From assembly GCA_965208575.1 (NCBI GenBank), contig CBDBOV010000001.1, positions 448,001 through 512,000 on the forward strand: a stretch of DNA of 64,000 nucleotides. Reading direction: 5' to 3'. The notes under the pieces are model-generated. The model had not been told where the DNA came from. It did not search any database and saw nothing but the letters and a program-made list of their open reading frames with translations. Source of the stretch: Spirochaetia bacterium. GTDB taxonomy: Bacteria; Spirochaetota; Spirochaetia; SZUA-6; Bin103. This document shows positions 48,014 through 57,561 of the stretch, in pieces (the stretch's first letter is position 1; each line of letters opens with the position of its first letter). Made by a program: the position numbers and the translations under genes.

Positions 48014-48871
48014 TCAGTCGGACTCCGGTGCGGGCGGACCTTCGCGAGTCGGCAACCGCCGGGCCACGAAGCCCAGTTCCCGCTCGATGCGGCGCACGTC
48101 GTAGGCGCTGTCCCACTCGTGGCCGGCCTGCTCGTACCAACTCAGGTCGACCGCGTCGCCCCACCAGCTCCGCAGCACCTCCGCCGTCGGGGCGGCCACC
48201 CAGGCGCGCGGCCCGGTGGTGTTGAGGATGCGCAGCCCCGGCTTCAGCGGCGACTCCACCGCCGCGGTGAAGGCGGCCACGGCGTCCTTCAGGGTCATCA
48301 TGGTGATGCTGCCCAGCGCCCACTGGCCCAGCGGACCGGGCGAGACCAGCGGGCGCGGCGCGTCGTCCGGGCACACCGACGACAGCCGCAGATTGATGAT
48401 GTCCAGATCCGGATCCTGGCGCTGCACGTAGCGGGTCAGCTCCTCCATCAGGTACTTGGAGACACCGTAGCCGTCGCGGTCCAGGCACGGGTGCTCGTCG
48501 GGAATCGGCACCTGCAGCGGGCGGAACGCCGTGGTCTGAAAGCCCACCGCGGCGATCGAGCTGGCGGTAACGATCTTGCGGCAGCCGCGGTGGCGCAGGT
48601 AGTGCAGCAGGGTACGGGTGCCGACGGCGTTCACCATGATGGCGGTGTGCTCCGGCGCCCCGCCGGTCACCGCCCCCAGGTGCACGGCGCCGTCGAAGCG
48701 ATGCCCATCGAGCCCAAGCAGGTCCTCGTACTGCTGGAAGTCGCCGCGCACCACCGGCACCTCCAGGTCCGGGCGCCCGCGCGCCAGCGCCACCACCTCG
48801 TGCCGGCGCGCCAGCTCGCCCACCAGCGCACGCCCAATGAACCCGCTCGCCCCCGTCACGAGGATCTTCAT
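48014..48871 (-). CDS. NAD-dependent epimerase/dehydratase
   Basis: ILVTGASGFIG and YGVSK. Confidence 0.9.
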   Translation of the reverse strand: MKILVTGASGFIGRALVGELARRHEVVALARGRPDLEVPVVRGDFQQYEDLLGLDGHRFDGAVHLGAVTGGAPEHTAIMVNAVGTRTLLHYLRHRGCRKIVTASSIAAVGFQTTAFRPLQVPIPDEHPCLDRDGYGVSKYLMEELTRYVQRQDPDLDIINLRLSSVCPDDAPRPLVSPGPLGQWALGSITMMTLKDAVAAFTAAVESPLKPGLRILNTTGPRAWVAAPTAEVLRSWWGDAVDLSWYEQAGHEWDSAYDVRRIERELGFVARRLPTREGPPAPESD

Positions 48872-48878
48872 GATTCGA

Positions 48879-49190
48879 TTACTCCTTCCCGCGTTCGTAG
48901 ATCGGGATACCCCACCGGTCGATGTGGGTCTTCAACGGCGCATGGTGGATCCGCTCGTACGCCTGGACGCCGCACGCCTGGGGGATGGCTACTTCGTCCA
49001 GGTCGAGGGAGAGGCGCCCGAGCCGGTGCCGATCCAGAATCCCGCGGGTAGCCAGGTCGATGTCCGACCGCTCGGTCGCTTTGCCGATTGCCCGCGACCC
49101 GAACAGGATCACCTGCTGCAGGTCGGGGTAGCGTCTGAACACGGCAACCAGCTCACGCAGCGCGGCGCTGGGCAGTTCGACCTGTCTCAC
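48879..49190 (-). CDS. minimal nucleotidyltransferase (MNT) antitoxin-like protein
   Basis: LFGSRA.G....SDIDL. Confidence 0.88.
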   Translation of the reverse strand: MRQVELPSAALRELVAVFRRYPDLQQVILFGSRAIGKATERSDIDLATRGILDRHRLGRLSLDLDEVAIPQACGVQAYERIHHAPLKTHIDRWGIPIYERGKE

Positions 49191-49621
49191 GGCTCCTCCG
49201 TCTCCTGTTCAGCCATCTCGTGGCTCAGGCGAACATGCAGCTCGTTCAGCCGCTCGAGATATCGCTCTTCGATCTCCGTGATGATCGTTTCGAACGTTGC
49301 GCTGTCGTAGGTGTGGGACATGCGGTTGCGATCGCCGAGCATGTCGATCCATTGCTCGCCCTCGGAGATCAGCTTCGCCTGGAACGCGCGGCGGATCACG
49401 GAGCGCGGGGTGACCGGGCTCAGCACGATGCCGTCGTGCTCCAGGCGGTCCTTGAGCGTGTTCCAGGCCAATTCGAAGGTGTACTCGAAGCGCTGGATCA
49501 CGCCCTCCTGCTCCAACTCGTTCAGTGCCTCAGCGCCCTCTTTCAAGGCATCCTGCAACCGGCCAAGTGCCCGGGAGAAGTTCTGGAACCGGTAGTGCCA
49601 GCGAATCTCCTCCTCGGGCAC
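49187..49621 (-). CDS. HEPN (HI0074-like) RNase toxin-like protein
   Basis: IQRFEYTFELAW and RNRMSHTY (Rx4H). 4-nt overlap with the MNT gene. Confidence 0.88.
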   Translation of the reverse strand: MPEEEIRWHYRFQNFSRALGRLQDALKEGAEALNELEQEGVIQRFEYTFELAWNTLKDRLEHDGIVLSPVTPRSVIRRAFQAKLISEGEQWIDMLGDRNRMSHTYDSATFETIITEIEERYLERLNELHVRLSHEMAEQETEEP

Positions 49622-49653
49622 GTCGACTCGGCCTGCGTGCTCCTGGCCGCCGG

Positions 49654-51312
49654 CTACTTGTAGTCGCGGTCGTAGGTGCTTTGCACCAGCTCCAGGTAGC
49701 GGTCGATGCCGATCTTGTCCAGCTCCGCCAGGTAGGCGTCCCAGTCGCCGTCCGGGTCCATCTTGCCGGTCACGAACAGGGCGATGTTCTCGCCCACGAA
49801 CTCGTTGATGGTAGTGCGCAACTCGTTGAACTCCTGCTGGTCGGTCAGCGACACGAACAACGGCGGCAGCACCATCTCCTCCGGCGCGCCGTACGGCTCC
49901 TGGCCGCTCTTGGTGGCGTCGTAGAGGCGCTTCTCAATGTACCAGATGTCGTCGGGATCGGTGGTGCGGCTCTGGATGATCGCCCAGCTCGCGTGCCGCG
50001 GCGACATGTGGCTCCACGCCTGGTTCTGGCCCGGCACGCCGCGCACCATGGTCAACTCCTCGAACAGCGCCGGCTCGTCGTCCACGCCGACCTCGCCCGG
50101 CTCCGAGTACTTCCAGTCCACGCCCTGCTCGCCGAAGTACAGCGTGAGCGTGGCCTCCTCGGCGTACATGTAGTCCGCCCAGCGGAACGCCACCTCCGGG
50201 TGCTCGGCCTCGCGGGTAATCACGAAGCGCCCGTTGCGGAAGCCGTGTGCGGGCGGAAAGAACGGCGTGCGGCGCAGGCCGCCCGGCCCCGCCACCGGCG
50301 GCAGCAGGTAGAAATTCTTGGTCGCCTCGCCTTCGTTGAGCGAGAACGCCGCCGGCACGCCGGCCGCGATCGTCCCGTACAGGATCGTCTCGCCCTCCAC
50401 GCCCTGCTTCATCTGGTTCTGATCCTGGGTGAAGCCCTCCTGGTCGATCAGCCCCTCCGCGTACAGCCGGTTCATCCAGCGCAGCCCGTCGCGCCAGCCG
50501 TCGGTGGTGAACGCCGCCACCACGGTGCCGCCGGCCAGGTAGAGGCGGTCGCGCGCGTCGTTGTACTCGAACGGGTTCATCAGGTAGCCGTCGAGCGTGG
50601 TGTTCCAGCCGGTGGTGGCGCCGGTGAACGGCACCTCGTCCGCCTTGCCGTTGCCGTTGGGATCCTGCGTCTTGAACGCCGTCAGCACCGCGTACAACTC
50701 GTCGGTGGTCTGCGGCACCGCCAGGCCGAGCTTGTCGAGCCAGGTCTTGTTGTACCAGACGCGCTGGCTGTAGTAGCAGTGGTAGCACAGGTCGTAGTTG
50801 CCCAGGCTGTAGATGTTGCCGTCCGGCGAGGTGCCGATCTTCTCGATCAGCGGGTTCTCCTCGAAGAACCGCTTCACCTCGGTGCTGTACTGGTCGATGA
50901 AGTCGTTCAGCGGCAGGAACAGCCCCTGGCCGCCGTACAGCGCCGCCTGCTCGGGGGTAACGGCGCCGTTGCCCAGGAACACGTCCGGCAGGTCGGTGGC
51001 GCTGGTCAGCATCAGGTTGATCTTCTGGCGCGCATCCTTGCGCGGCAGCACGTTCCACTCCACGTGTACGCCGGTCTGCTGCTCCAGCCACTCGGTTGCG
51101 TAGTTGGTGGTGAGATCCTCCACCGTGACATGCGGAATCGCCGCCACGCGCAGGGTCACCGGCTCCTCGACGATCGGCAGCACGCCGGGCGCCGACATCA
51201 TTACGCCGGAAGCGCCCGCCTCCGTCTCGCCCGCCGCGAACGCGGCCCCCGCCACGCCCAGGCTCAACAGGGCGACAATCGCCCCAACCGCAATGGTCCT
51301 CGAAATGAACAT
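49654..51312 (-). CDS. sugar-type ABC substrate-binding protein (LplA-like, family 1)
   Basis: Signal peptide, WLDKLGL.VP.TTDELY.VL.AFK..DPNGNGKADE. Confidence 0.9.
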   Translation of the reverse strand: MFISRTIAVGAIVALLSLGVAGAAFAAGETEAGASGVMMSAPGVLPIVEEPVTLRVAAIPHVTVEDLTTNYATEWLEQQTGVHVEWNVLPRKDARQKINLMLTSATDLPDVFLGNGAVTPEQAALYGGQGLFLPLNDFIDQYSTEVKRFFEENPLIEKIGTSPDGNIYSLGNYDLCYHCYYSQRVWYNKTWLDKLGLAVPQTTDELYAVLTAFKTQDPNGNGKADEVPFTGATTGWNTTLDGYLMNPFEYNDARDRLYLAGGTVVAAFTTDGWRDGLRWMNRLYAEGLIDQEGFTQDQNQMKQGVEGETILYGTIAAGVPAAFSLNEGEATKNFYLLPPVAGPGGLRRTPFFPPAHGFRNGRFVITREAEHPEVAFRWADYMYAEEATLTLYFGEQGVDWKYSEPGEVGVDDEPALFEELTMVRGVPGQNQAWSHMSPRHASWAIIQSRTTDPDDIWYIEKRLYDATKSGQEPYGAPEEMVLPPLFVSLTDQQEFNELRTTINEFVGENIALFVTGKMDPDGDWDAYLAELDKIGIDRYLELVQSTYDRDYK

Positions 51313-51422
51313 TTCTGGTCTCTCCTCCGTTGGTTCTGACGGTCGATCATAGTGCCGGCGCTCACCATGCGGCAAGTCCGCGCATCTGCGCCAGCGAGGG
51401 ACCGCGCCAGCAATTGGGTCGC

Positions 51423-52844
51423 TCATGGGGCGCGGCGGTTGCGCAGCCGTTTGCTCAACGCCTGGTGGCTGACGCCCAGGAGGGCGGCCGCGCGTGACTG
51501 GTTGCCGCCGGTACGCCGCAGCGCTTCGGCCACCAGCAGGCTGCCGATCTCCTTGAGCTGCGGCAGCCTGCCCCCGAACCTCAGGTCAGGCCCGCCCGCC
51601 GGCGGTTCGGCAGGCGGCGGTGCCGTCGCCGTCGCGCCGGGCAGCGCGGCGAGGTCGCCCGCGGTGAGCACGTTGCCCTGCACCCGGTACACGGCGTCGA
51701 TGATCAGGGAGCGCAACTCGCGCACGTTACCCGCGAACGGGTGCCGGGCGAGCCGCGCCACCACGTCGTCGCCCACCTCCACCGCGCCCCGGCCGCGACT
51801 GCGCGTGCCTTCCTCCACGAAGCAGGCGACCAGCAGCGGCAGATCGTCCTGCCGCTCGCGCAGCGGGGGCACGTGCACGCTGTGGGTGTTGAGCCGGTAG
51901 AAGAGGTCGCGGCGAAACGTGCCCGCCGCGACTTCGCGGGCCAGATCCTGGTGCGTGGCGGCCACCACGCGCGCGGCGGCGCGGCGCGGCACGTCGGAGC
52001 CGAGGGGGTAGTACTCGCGCTCCTGCAGGAGCCGCAGCAGCTTCACCTGCGACGCGGTGCTCAGGTCGCCGATTTCGTCCAGGAGCAGCGTGCCGCCCGC
52101 GGCGCGTTCGATCATGCCGCGTCGTTCGGAGGACGCCCCGGTGAACGCTCCCTTGCGATGCCCGAACAACGCATCCGAGAACAACGTGTCGTCCAACCCC
52201 GCCAGGTTGACCGCAACCAACTCCCCGCCCAGGCCGCTCAGCCGGTGCAGCGCCTGCGCGAACAGCTCCTTGCCGACGCCGCTCTCGCCGGTGATCAGGA
52301 CCGGCTCCGGGCTTGGCGCGATCGCCTCCAGGTAGGAGAACAGCGCGAGCATCGTTGCGTTGTTGGTGGCGATGCGCGCGAACGCCTCCGGGTGCTGCAG
52401 CCCGCGCTGGATCAAGCGCTCCTTGAGCCGCGAGATATCGGCGCGGAGACTGGCCTGCTCCAAGGCCCGCCGTATCGCCTGTCCGAAGGCATCCTGCTCC
52501 AGCGGCTTCAGCACGAAGTCGTAGGCGCCGAGCTTCATGCACTGCACCGCCACCGCAACGTCGTTGGTCCCCGTCGCCACGACGACCGGGATGTCGGGCC
52601 GCGCCAACCTGACGCGCTCCAGGATCTCCTGCCCCGAAACGTCGGGCATCGCAAGATCCAGCAGGATCAACCGCGGGTCGTGCTCATCCAGGAGCCGCAT
52701 CACCCGGGTGCTGTCGGCGCACAGCACGACGTTGCGCAAGCCAAGCGTGAACAGCAGCAGCTCGGTGCTCTCCAGCACGTCCACCTCGTCGTCCACCACC
52801 AGGATCGGCCGTTCGCCGGCAGCAGCGTAGCTCGGGCGCGCCAT
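51423..52844 (-). CDS. sigma-54-dependent response regulator (NtrC family)
   Basis: Receiver VVDD...LLD, GESGVGKE, GAFTGA, LLDEIG, FRRDLFYRL and Fis-type HTH. Confidence 0.95.
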   Translation of the reverse strand: MARPSYAAAGERPILVVDDEVDVLESTELLLFTLGLRNVVLCADSTRVMRLLDEHDPRLILLDLAMPDVSGQEILERVRLARPDIPVVVATGTNDVAVAVQCMKLGAYDFVLKPLEQDAFGQAIRRALEQASLRADISRLKERLIQRGLQHPEAFARIATNNATMLALFSYLEAIAPSPEPVLITGESGVGKELFAQALHRLSGLGGELVAVNLAGLDDTLFSDALFGHRKGAFTGASSERRGMIERAAGGTLLLDEIGDLSTASQVKLLRLLQEREYYPLGSDVPRRAAARVVAATHQDLAREVAAGTFRRDLFYRLNTHSVHVPPLRERQDDLPLLVACFVEEGTRSRGRGAVEVGDDVVARLARHPFAGNVRELRSLIIDAVYRVQGNVLTAGDLAALPGATATAPPPAEPPAGGPDLRFGGRLPQLKEIGSLLVAEALRRTGGNQSRAAALLGVSHQALSKRLRNRRAP

Positions 52845-54382
52845 CAGGTTTCCCGTGCGCCGGTTCGCGGCAGTCTGGCGGTGGCCGTGGTGCCGGCCCC
52901 GCGCTGCGAGGAGAAGGTGAGGCTGCCGGAGTGCTCGCCCATGATGTGGCGCGACACGTACAGTCCCATGCCGGTGCCGCCGCGATCCGGACGGGTGGAG
53001 AAGAACACCTCGCCGGCACGGGCCAACGTGTCCGGCTCCATCCCCACGCCATCATCGGCCACTGCCAGCTCGACACCATCGCCGGTCGCGCGCGTGCTGA
53101 CCGTGATGCCCGCGCCGCTGCCGGCGTGGCCGGCGTCGCGCGCCTCCCGGATCGCCTCGACCGCGTTCGACAGCAGGTTCACCAGCACCTGTTCGAGTCG
53201 TTGCGCGTTGCCCGCCACCGGCGGCAGCGAGGCGGCCAGCCTGGTCCGCAACGGGATGTTACGCCGCCTGATCTGGTGTCCGAACACGACCAGCGCGGCG
53301 TCGACCACGCCGTTCAGGTCCACCGTGTCGCGGTACTGTGCGCGCGTGCTCCGGTAAAATCTCCTGAACTCGGTGACGATGCCGGCGATACGCTCGGCGC
53401 TGTGCGCGATGCCGGCGATGGCGCGACGCATGCGATCGCGCACCACCGCGTGGGGCAAGTCGCCGATGAATCCATCGCCGCCGTCCTCCTGAGCGCCGTC
53501 CAGGAGCGGCACGGCGTGTTCGTAGTAGGTGCGCAGGAACGCGGCGTTCGCGGCGATGGCGCTGTTCGGGTTGGCGATTTCGTGGCTGAGGCTCGCCGCC
53601 ATGGTGCCGATCGATACCAGCTTGTCCGCCTCCACCAGCTTCTGCATCTGCCGCTCCCGGTGTTGGCGCATCCGATCCAGCCGGATGGAAGTGGCAAGTG
53701 AGAGACAGGAGATCTGGCCCAGTACTCCCCAGTACATCGCGTAGCGCGTGGCCAGGTTGTCGGCAAGCACCTGGTCTTCGCGCAGCAGCTGCACCCAGGC
53801 GCCGGCCGCCACCAGGACCCACCCCACCAGGTACAGCCAGGCGAAGGGCGCCCTGCGCACGGCGCAGATGATCCCGACCGCCAGGAGGATCGGCAGGTGG
53901 ACGATTCCGATGAGCGGCAGCAGGAACTGGACCGGATACGTGGACTGCACGGCGCCGAGGATGGCGACCCACAGCAGCAGGTTGACCGCGTCGAACACGA
54001 TCACGCCGACGAGGACGCGATCCGCGACCGGAAGGTCCTGCCTGGTCGCAAAAACGAGGCGCGAGAACTGGGTCAGCCACAACAACAGCAAGAGCGAGAA
54101 GACGAGCGACATGAGGTTGTTGACCAGGGGCAGGCGGCCGCCGAGCACGTGGCGGTAGAACAGGCCCTCGGCGACCGCGAGCACGCCGATGAACGACACG
54201 AGCACGAGTGCGTAGACGAGATAGCTCGGTTCGCGTAGCGAGAGGGCGAGCAGCAGGTGGTAGAGGGCGAGGATCGCCAGCACGCCGAAGAAGACGCCGA
54301 GGATGAACGGATCGCGCGGCTCGCGCCAGACCTGGACGGTCTCACCGGGAGCCTGCACCAACAACTGCCAGATCGTTGCCAT
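52844..54382 (-). CDS. 7TM-DISM-type sensor histidine kinase
   Basis: About seven TM helices, SHEIANP H-box, NLLSNA, DDGVG, GGTGMGL. Confidence 0.9.
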   Translation of the reverse strand: MATIWQLLVQAPGETVQVWREPRDPFILGVFFGVLAILALYHLLLALSLREPSYLVYALVLVSFIGVLAVAEGLFYRHVLGGRLPLVNNLMSLVFSLLLLLWLTQFSRLVFATRQDLPVADRVLVGVIVFDAVNLLLWVAILGAVQSTYPVQFLLPLIGIVHLPILLAVGIICAVRRAPFAWLYLVGWVLVAAGAWVQLLREDQVLADNLATRYAMYWGVLGQISCLSLATSIRLDRMRQHRERQMQKLVEADKLVSIGTMAASLSHEIANPNSAIAANAAFLRTYYEHAVPLLDGAQEDGGDGFIGDLPHAVVRDRMRRAIAGIAHSAERIAGIVTEFRRFYRSTRAQYRDTVDLNGVVDAALVVFGHQIRRRNIPLRTRLAASLPPVAGNAQRLEQVLVNLLSNAVEAIREARDAGHAGSGAGITVSTRATGDGVELAVADDGVGMEPDTLARAGEVFFSTRPDRGGTGMGLYVSRHIMGEHSGSLTFSSQRGAGTTATARLPRTGARET

Positions 54383-54440
54383 CAGTGGCGTGCTTCCATG
54401 GGGCCGGCTGATCTTAGCACGACCCCCTCCGCCCTGGCCC

Positions 54441-54578
54441 GCAACTTCGGTTGCACAGCGTGCCGCCGGTGCAACCGCGGTTGCCGTCGCGCGAGCGCCG
54501 CCAGAGCCTCGGAGACACTCACAAGTCTCTTTCCCGAAACCAGTTACGAATTACAACAGCGCCTGGCACGGTTCTTGA
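54441..54578 (+). promoter_or_regulatory. sigma-54 promoter with tandem upstream activator sites
   Basis: GCAAC-N4-GTTGC at 54441-54454 and 54471-54484. TGGCAC-N5-TTGA at 54564-54578. Confidence 0.7.
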
Positions 54579-54605
54579 GATGGCGTTCCGCGAGGAGGCG
54601 GAACG

Positions 54606-55466
54606 ATGAAAACAGTTCCCGGCGCGTACGCGCTGATCACCGGAGCGAGTCAGGGGTTGGGCAGGGCGCTCGCCGAGGAGTGCGCCCGGCGCAGGATGCA
54701 CCTGCTGCTGGTCGCGCTTCCGCAGACCGGTCTGCGGGAACTCAGCGCCGAAATCGCCGCCCGGTACGGCGTCGAGTCTCACTACCTGGAACAGGACCTG
54801 ACCGATCCCTCGGGGCCCGAGCAGGTCTCGCATTGGGTCACGGCTCACGGCTGGAACCTGCGGGTGCTGATCAACAACGCCGGCGTGAGCACGCATGGTC
54901 TGTTCGAGGACACCTCGCTGGAGAGCAACGAGCGGGTGATGAACCTCAACATGGCCGCGGTCGTCAGGACCACGCACCTGCTCATCCCGACCCTCAAAGC
55001 CCGCCGGCCGTCGTACGTTCTGAACGTGGCGAGCCTGGCCGCCATGGGTCCCATGCCCTACATGCCGGTCTACGCGGCGTCCAAGGCGTTCGTGCTCAGC
55101 TTTACGCTCGCGCTGCGCGAGGAGCTCTGGCGGTCGGGGATCCGGGTCAGCGTGCTCTGCCCCGGCGGCATGCCGACCAACGGCGATTCCGCGCGGCGCA
55201 TCGGCGCCAACGGGTGGGGCGGCAGGCTGTCCGCGGTACGCCCCGGGCGCGTCGCCAGGATCGCGCTGGCGCGCACGCTGCGCGGTCGCGCGTGCATCAT
55301 CCCGGGCTGGCTCAACAGGATCGTCGCCGTCGCGAGCAGCGTAACGCCGCGCACGCTGTTCACCCGTTCCGCCGGCAACCAGTTCGAGCGCGCCGAACTG
55401 CGCCTGCAACGCAGGAGTGCGGCGCTCAAGCCGGCCGCGGCGGGCCCCGGCGTTTCATGGAGGTGA
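54606..55466 (+). CDS. SDR family oxidoreductase
   Basis: ALITGASQGLG, INNAG, YAASK. Confidence 0.92.
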   Translation: MKTVPGAYALITGASQGLGRALAEECARRRMHLLLVALPQTGLRELSAEIAARYGVESHYLEQDLTDPSGPEQVSHWVTAHGWNLRVLINNAGVSTHGLFEDTSLESNERVMNLNMAAVVRTTHLLIPTLKARRPSYVLNVASLAAMGPMPYMPVYAASKAFVLSFTLALREELWRSGIRVSVLCPGGMPTNGDSARRIGANGWGGRLSAVRPGRVARIALARTLRGRACIIPGWLNRIVAVASSVTPRTLFTRSAGNQFERAELRLQRRSAALKPAAAGPGVSWR

Positions 55467-55471
55467 CGGAG

Positions 55472-56362
55472 ATGGCGAACGGGCACAACACGGCGCAACG
55501 CGCCACCGCAGGGCCCACGCGCGCGGTGCAGCGCGCAGCGACCGCGCGCAGGATCTTCGTGACGGGAGCGAGCACCGGCATCGGCCGCGCCATCGTCGAG
55601 CACCTGGCCGCGCGCGGCGACCACCTGTTCGCCGGCGCGCGCAGCGACCGCGCCCTCGGCGAACTCGGCAGGCTGCCGAACGTGGTCCCGGTGCGGCTGG
55701 ACGTGACGCAGGCCGACAGCGTGGACGCGGCGGTCGCCCGCGTGCGCGAGCTGACCGGCACCCTCGATGCGCTGGTGAACAACGCCGGCTCGGTGGTAGC
55801 GGGTCCGCTGATGGATGTCACGCCGGAGGCGATGAGCGCGCAGTTGGAGGTCAACCTGGTAGGCGTGCACCGGGTCACGCGCGCCTTCTTTCCGCTTCTG
55901 CTTGCGGCGAAGGGCCACGTCGTGAACATCTCCTCGACCGGGGGCCGGGTCGCGCTGCCGTTCATGGGTCCGTACGTGGCGAGCAAGTTCGGCCTGGAGG
56001 CGTTCTCGGACTCGCTGCGGCGCGAGCTGGCGCCGTGCGGGGTGCAGGTGAGCGTGATCCAGCCGGGAGCGATCCGCACCCCGATCTGGGACAAGACCGA
56101 CCCGCACGACGCGCGCCTCGACGGCTCGATGTTCGCGCCACGGGCGCGCGCCTTCGGCCGGCTGATGCTGGAGCGCGCCCGCACCGGCGGCCGTCCGCCG
56201 GCCACCATTGCGCGCGCCGTGCACCGGGTGCTCGGCAGCCGCCGGCCCCGGCCGCGCTACCTGGTGACCGAGGCCAACCTCATGACCCGCATCGCCGGCC
56301 TGCTGCCGGACCGGTGGCTGGACTTCGCCATCAGCCGTGCCATTCGGGGTGGTTCGCAATGA
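55472..56362 (+). CDS. SDR family oxidoreductase (17-beta-HSD/retinol dehydrogenase-like)
   Basis: VTGASTGIG, LVNNAG, YVASKF.LE.FSDSLRREL. Confidence 0.92.
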   Translation: MANGHNTAQRATAGPTRAVQRAATARRIFVTGASTGIGRAIVEHLAARGDHLFAGARSDRALGELGRLPNVVPVRLDVTQADSVDAAVARVRELTGTLDALVNNAGSVVAGPLMDVTPEAMSAQLEVNLVGVHRVTRAFFPLLLAAKGHVVNISSTGGRVALPFMGPYVASKFGLEAFSDSLRRELAPCGVQVSVIQPGAIRTPIWDKTDPHDARLDGSMFAPRARAFGRLMLERARTGGRPPATIARAVHRVLGSRRPRPRYLVTEANLMTRIAGLLPDRWLDFAISRAIRGGSQ

Positions 56363-56740
56363 GCGGCTTCAGCCTCGATGCGGCGGCGCTCCTGCAGCGG
56401 TGGGCGGCGACCGTGTCCGCGAGCTACGGCGTGAACCCGTACCTGTTCATCGCACTGACGACGATCTGCGCACCCGCGTTCTACTATTCGATCTACCGCC
56501 TGACCAAGGCGCTGGCGACCAGGCAGCGCCGCCACGTGTCCACGTGGAGCTCGGTATTCCTCGGCGCATCGGCACTCCCGTACGGCTACGTGCTGGTGTC
56601 TGGCCGCAACCTGCCGTGGTGGATCTACCTGGCCCTCGGTATCCTGCTTGCCCAGGGCTTCGCGTCCCTGGTGCGCAAGCTGACGAGCCGGCCGGGAATA
56701 CGTCCCACCGGTGGGACGGGCCGCCGATCCCTGGCTTCAG
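56359..56740 (+). CDS. small membrane protein; 3' end uncertain (frame stays open to 57168)
   Basis: ATG overlaps the SDR stop; YGVNP motif and three TM helices. Confidence 0.55.
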
Positions 56741-57126
56741 TCGATCCAGATGTCGACGCGGTAGCCGCGGTCGCCGTCGGCGACCTCCAGCACCGTGCCC
56801 ACGGTACCGGAGGCGATCGCTTCCTGAACCCGTTCCAGGTCGTCCGCGGAGATGCCGGCGCACGCCAGTTCCGCGGCGATCTCCTCGTGCGCCGCGAGCC
56901 GCGCGGCGAACTTCGCGAGCAACGCCGGCAGCGTGACGTGCACGCGCTGCGCACCGGTGGCCGAGTCGGTCACCCGGATGTGCAACCTGCCGCTTCCGCC
57001 ACCGTCGGGCCGGGCGGGCGCAGCGGGCGCCTCCCGCACCGCGTCCAGCAGCCGCGCCGCCTCCGCGGCGGAAATCTTCCCCTCCTCCAACAGGGAGAGG
57101 ATCTGCATCCGTTCTTCGTTCATCAT
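56737..57126 (-). CDS. SHOCT-like / YvlB-LiaX N-terminal domain protein
   Basis: EERMQILSLLEEGKISAAEAARLLDA. Confidence 0.8.
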   Translation of the reverse strand: MMNEERMQILSLLEEGKISAAEAARLLDAVREAPAAPARPDGGGSGRLHIRVTDSATGAQRVHVTLPALLAKFAARLAAHEEIAAELACAGISADDLERVQEAIASGTVGTVLEVADGDRGYRVDIWID

Positions 57127-57252
57127 CTGCCTCCCTTGGTGCCGAGCCCGACCCGCCCGCGGTCATAATACTCTACCGGGTGCCCCACCGGCCCTGGCCG
57201 ACGTGACCCGAACGTCTGCGCACTGACGACCGTGGCCCGATGCTGGCGTGCC

Positions 57253-57450
57253 TCAGCCGCCGGCGGCGTACTGCTGCAACGCGCGCACCGCCCAGTAGCC
57301 GAGCGTGGCCGGCCAGAATGCGCCGGAGATGATCGCCATCGGAATCGATGCCGAGGCTGCCGCGGCGATGCCGACGCCGATGCCGACCAGTATGTAGGTG
57401 CCACCGCTGACGCTGGTGGTGATGTGCCCGCCCTGTCTGCCGTTGGTCAT
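57253..57450 (-). CDS. small hypothetical membrane protein
   Basis: 65 aa with two hydrophobic segments and FWP..LGY. Confidence 0.55.
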   Translation of the reverse strand: MTNGRQGGHITTSVSGGTYILVGIGVGIAAAASASIPMAIISGAFWPATLGYWAVRALQQYAAGG

Positions 57451-57561
57451 GATCCCAAGGGAACCGGACCTCCGCACGAACGTCAATCGGCGCCACGCCC
57501 TCCCACGCCCTCTCCGTGACGCGGCTCGGCGGCGGCGCCGCGGCGCTGATAGAATGGCGGT

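Noticed and set aside
51360-51400. sigma-54 promoter for the LplA-like gene
   Set aside because: TGGCGC is present on the minus strand but there is no TTGC at -12 spacing.
55417-57168. 583-aa ORF
   Set aside because: Only the part from ATG 56359 is plausible; the remainder overlaps an SDR and an opposite-strand gene.
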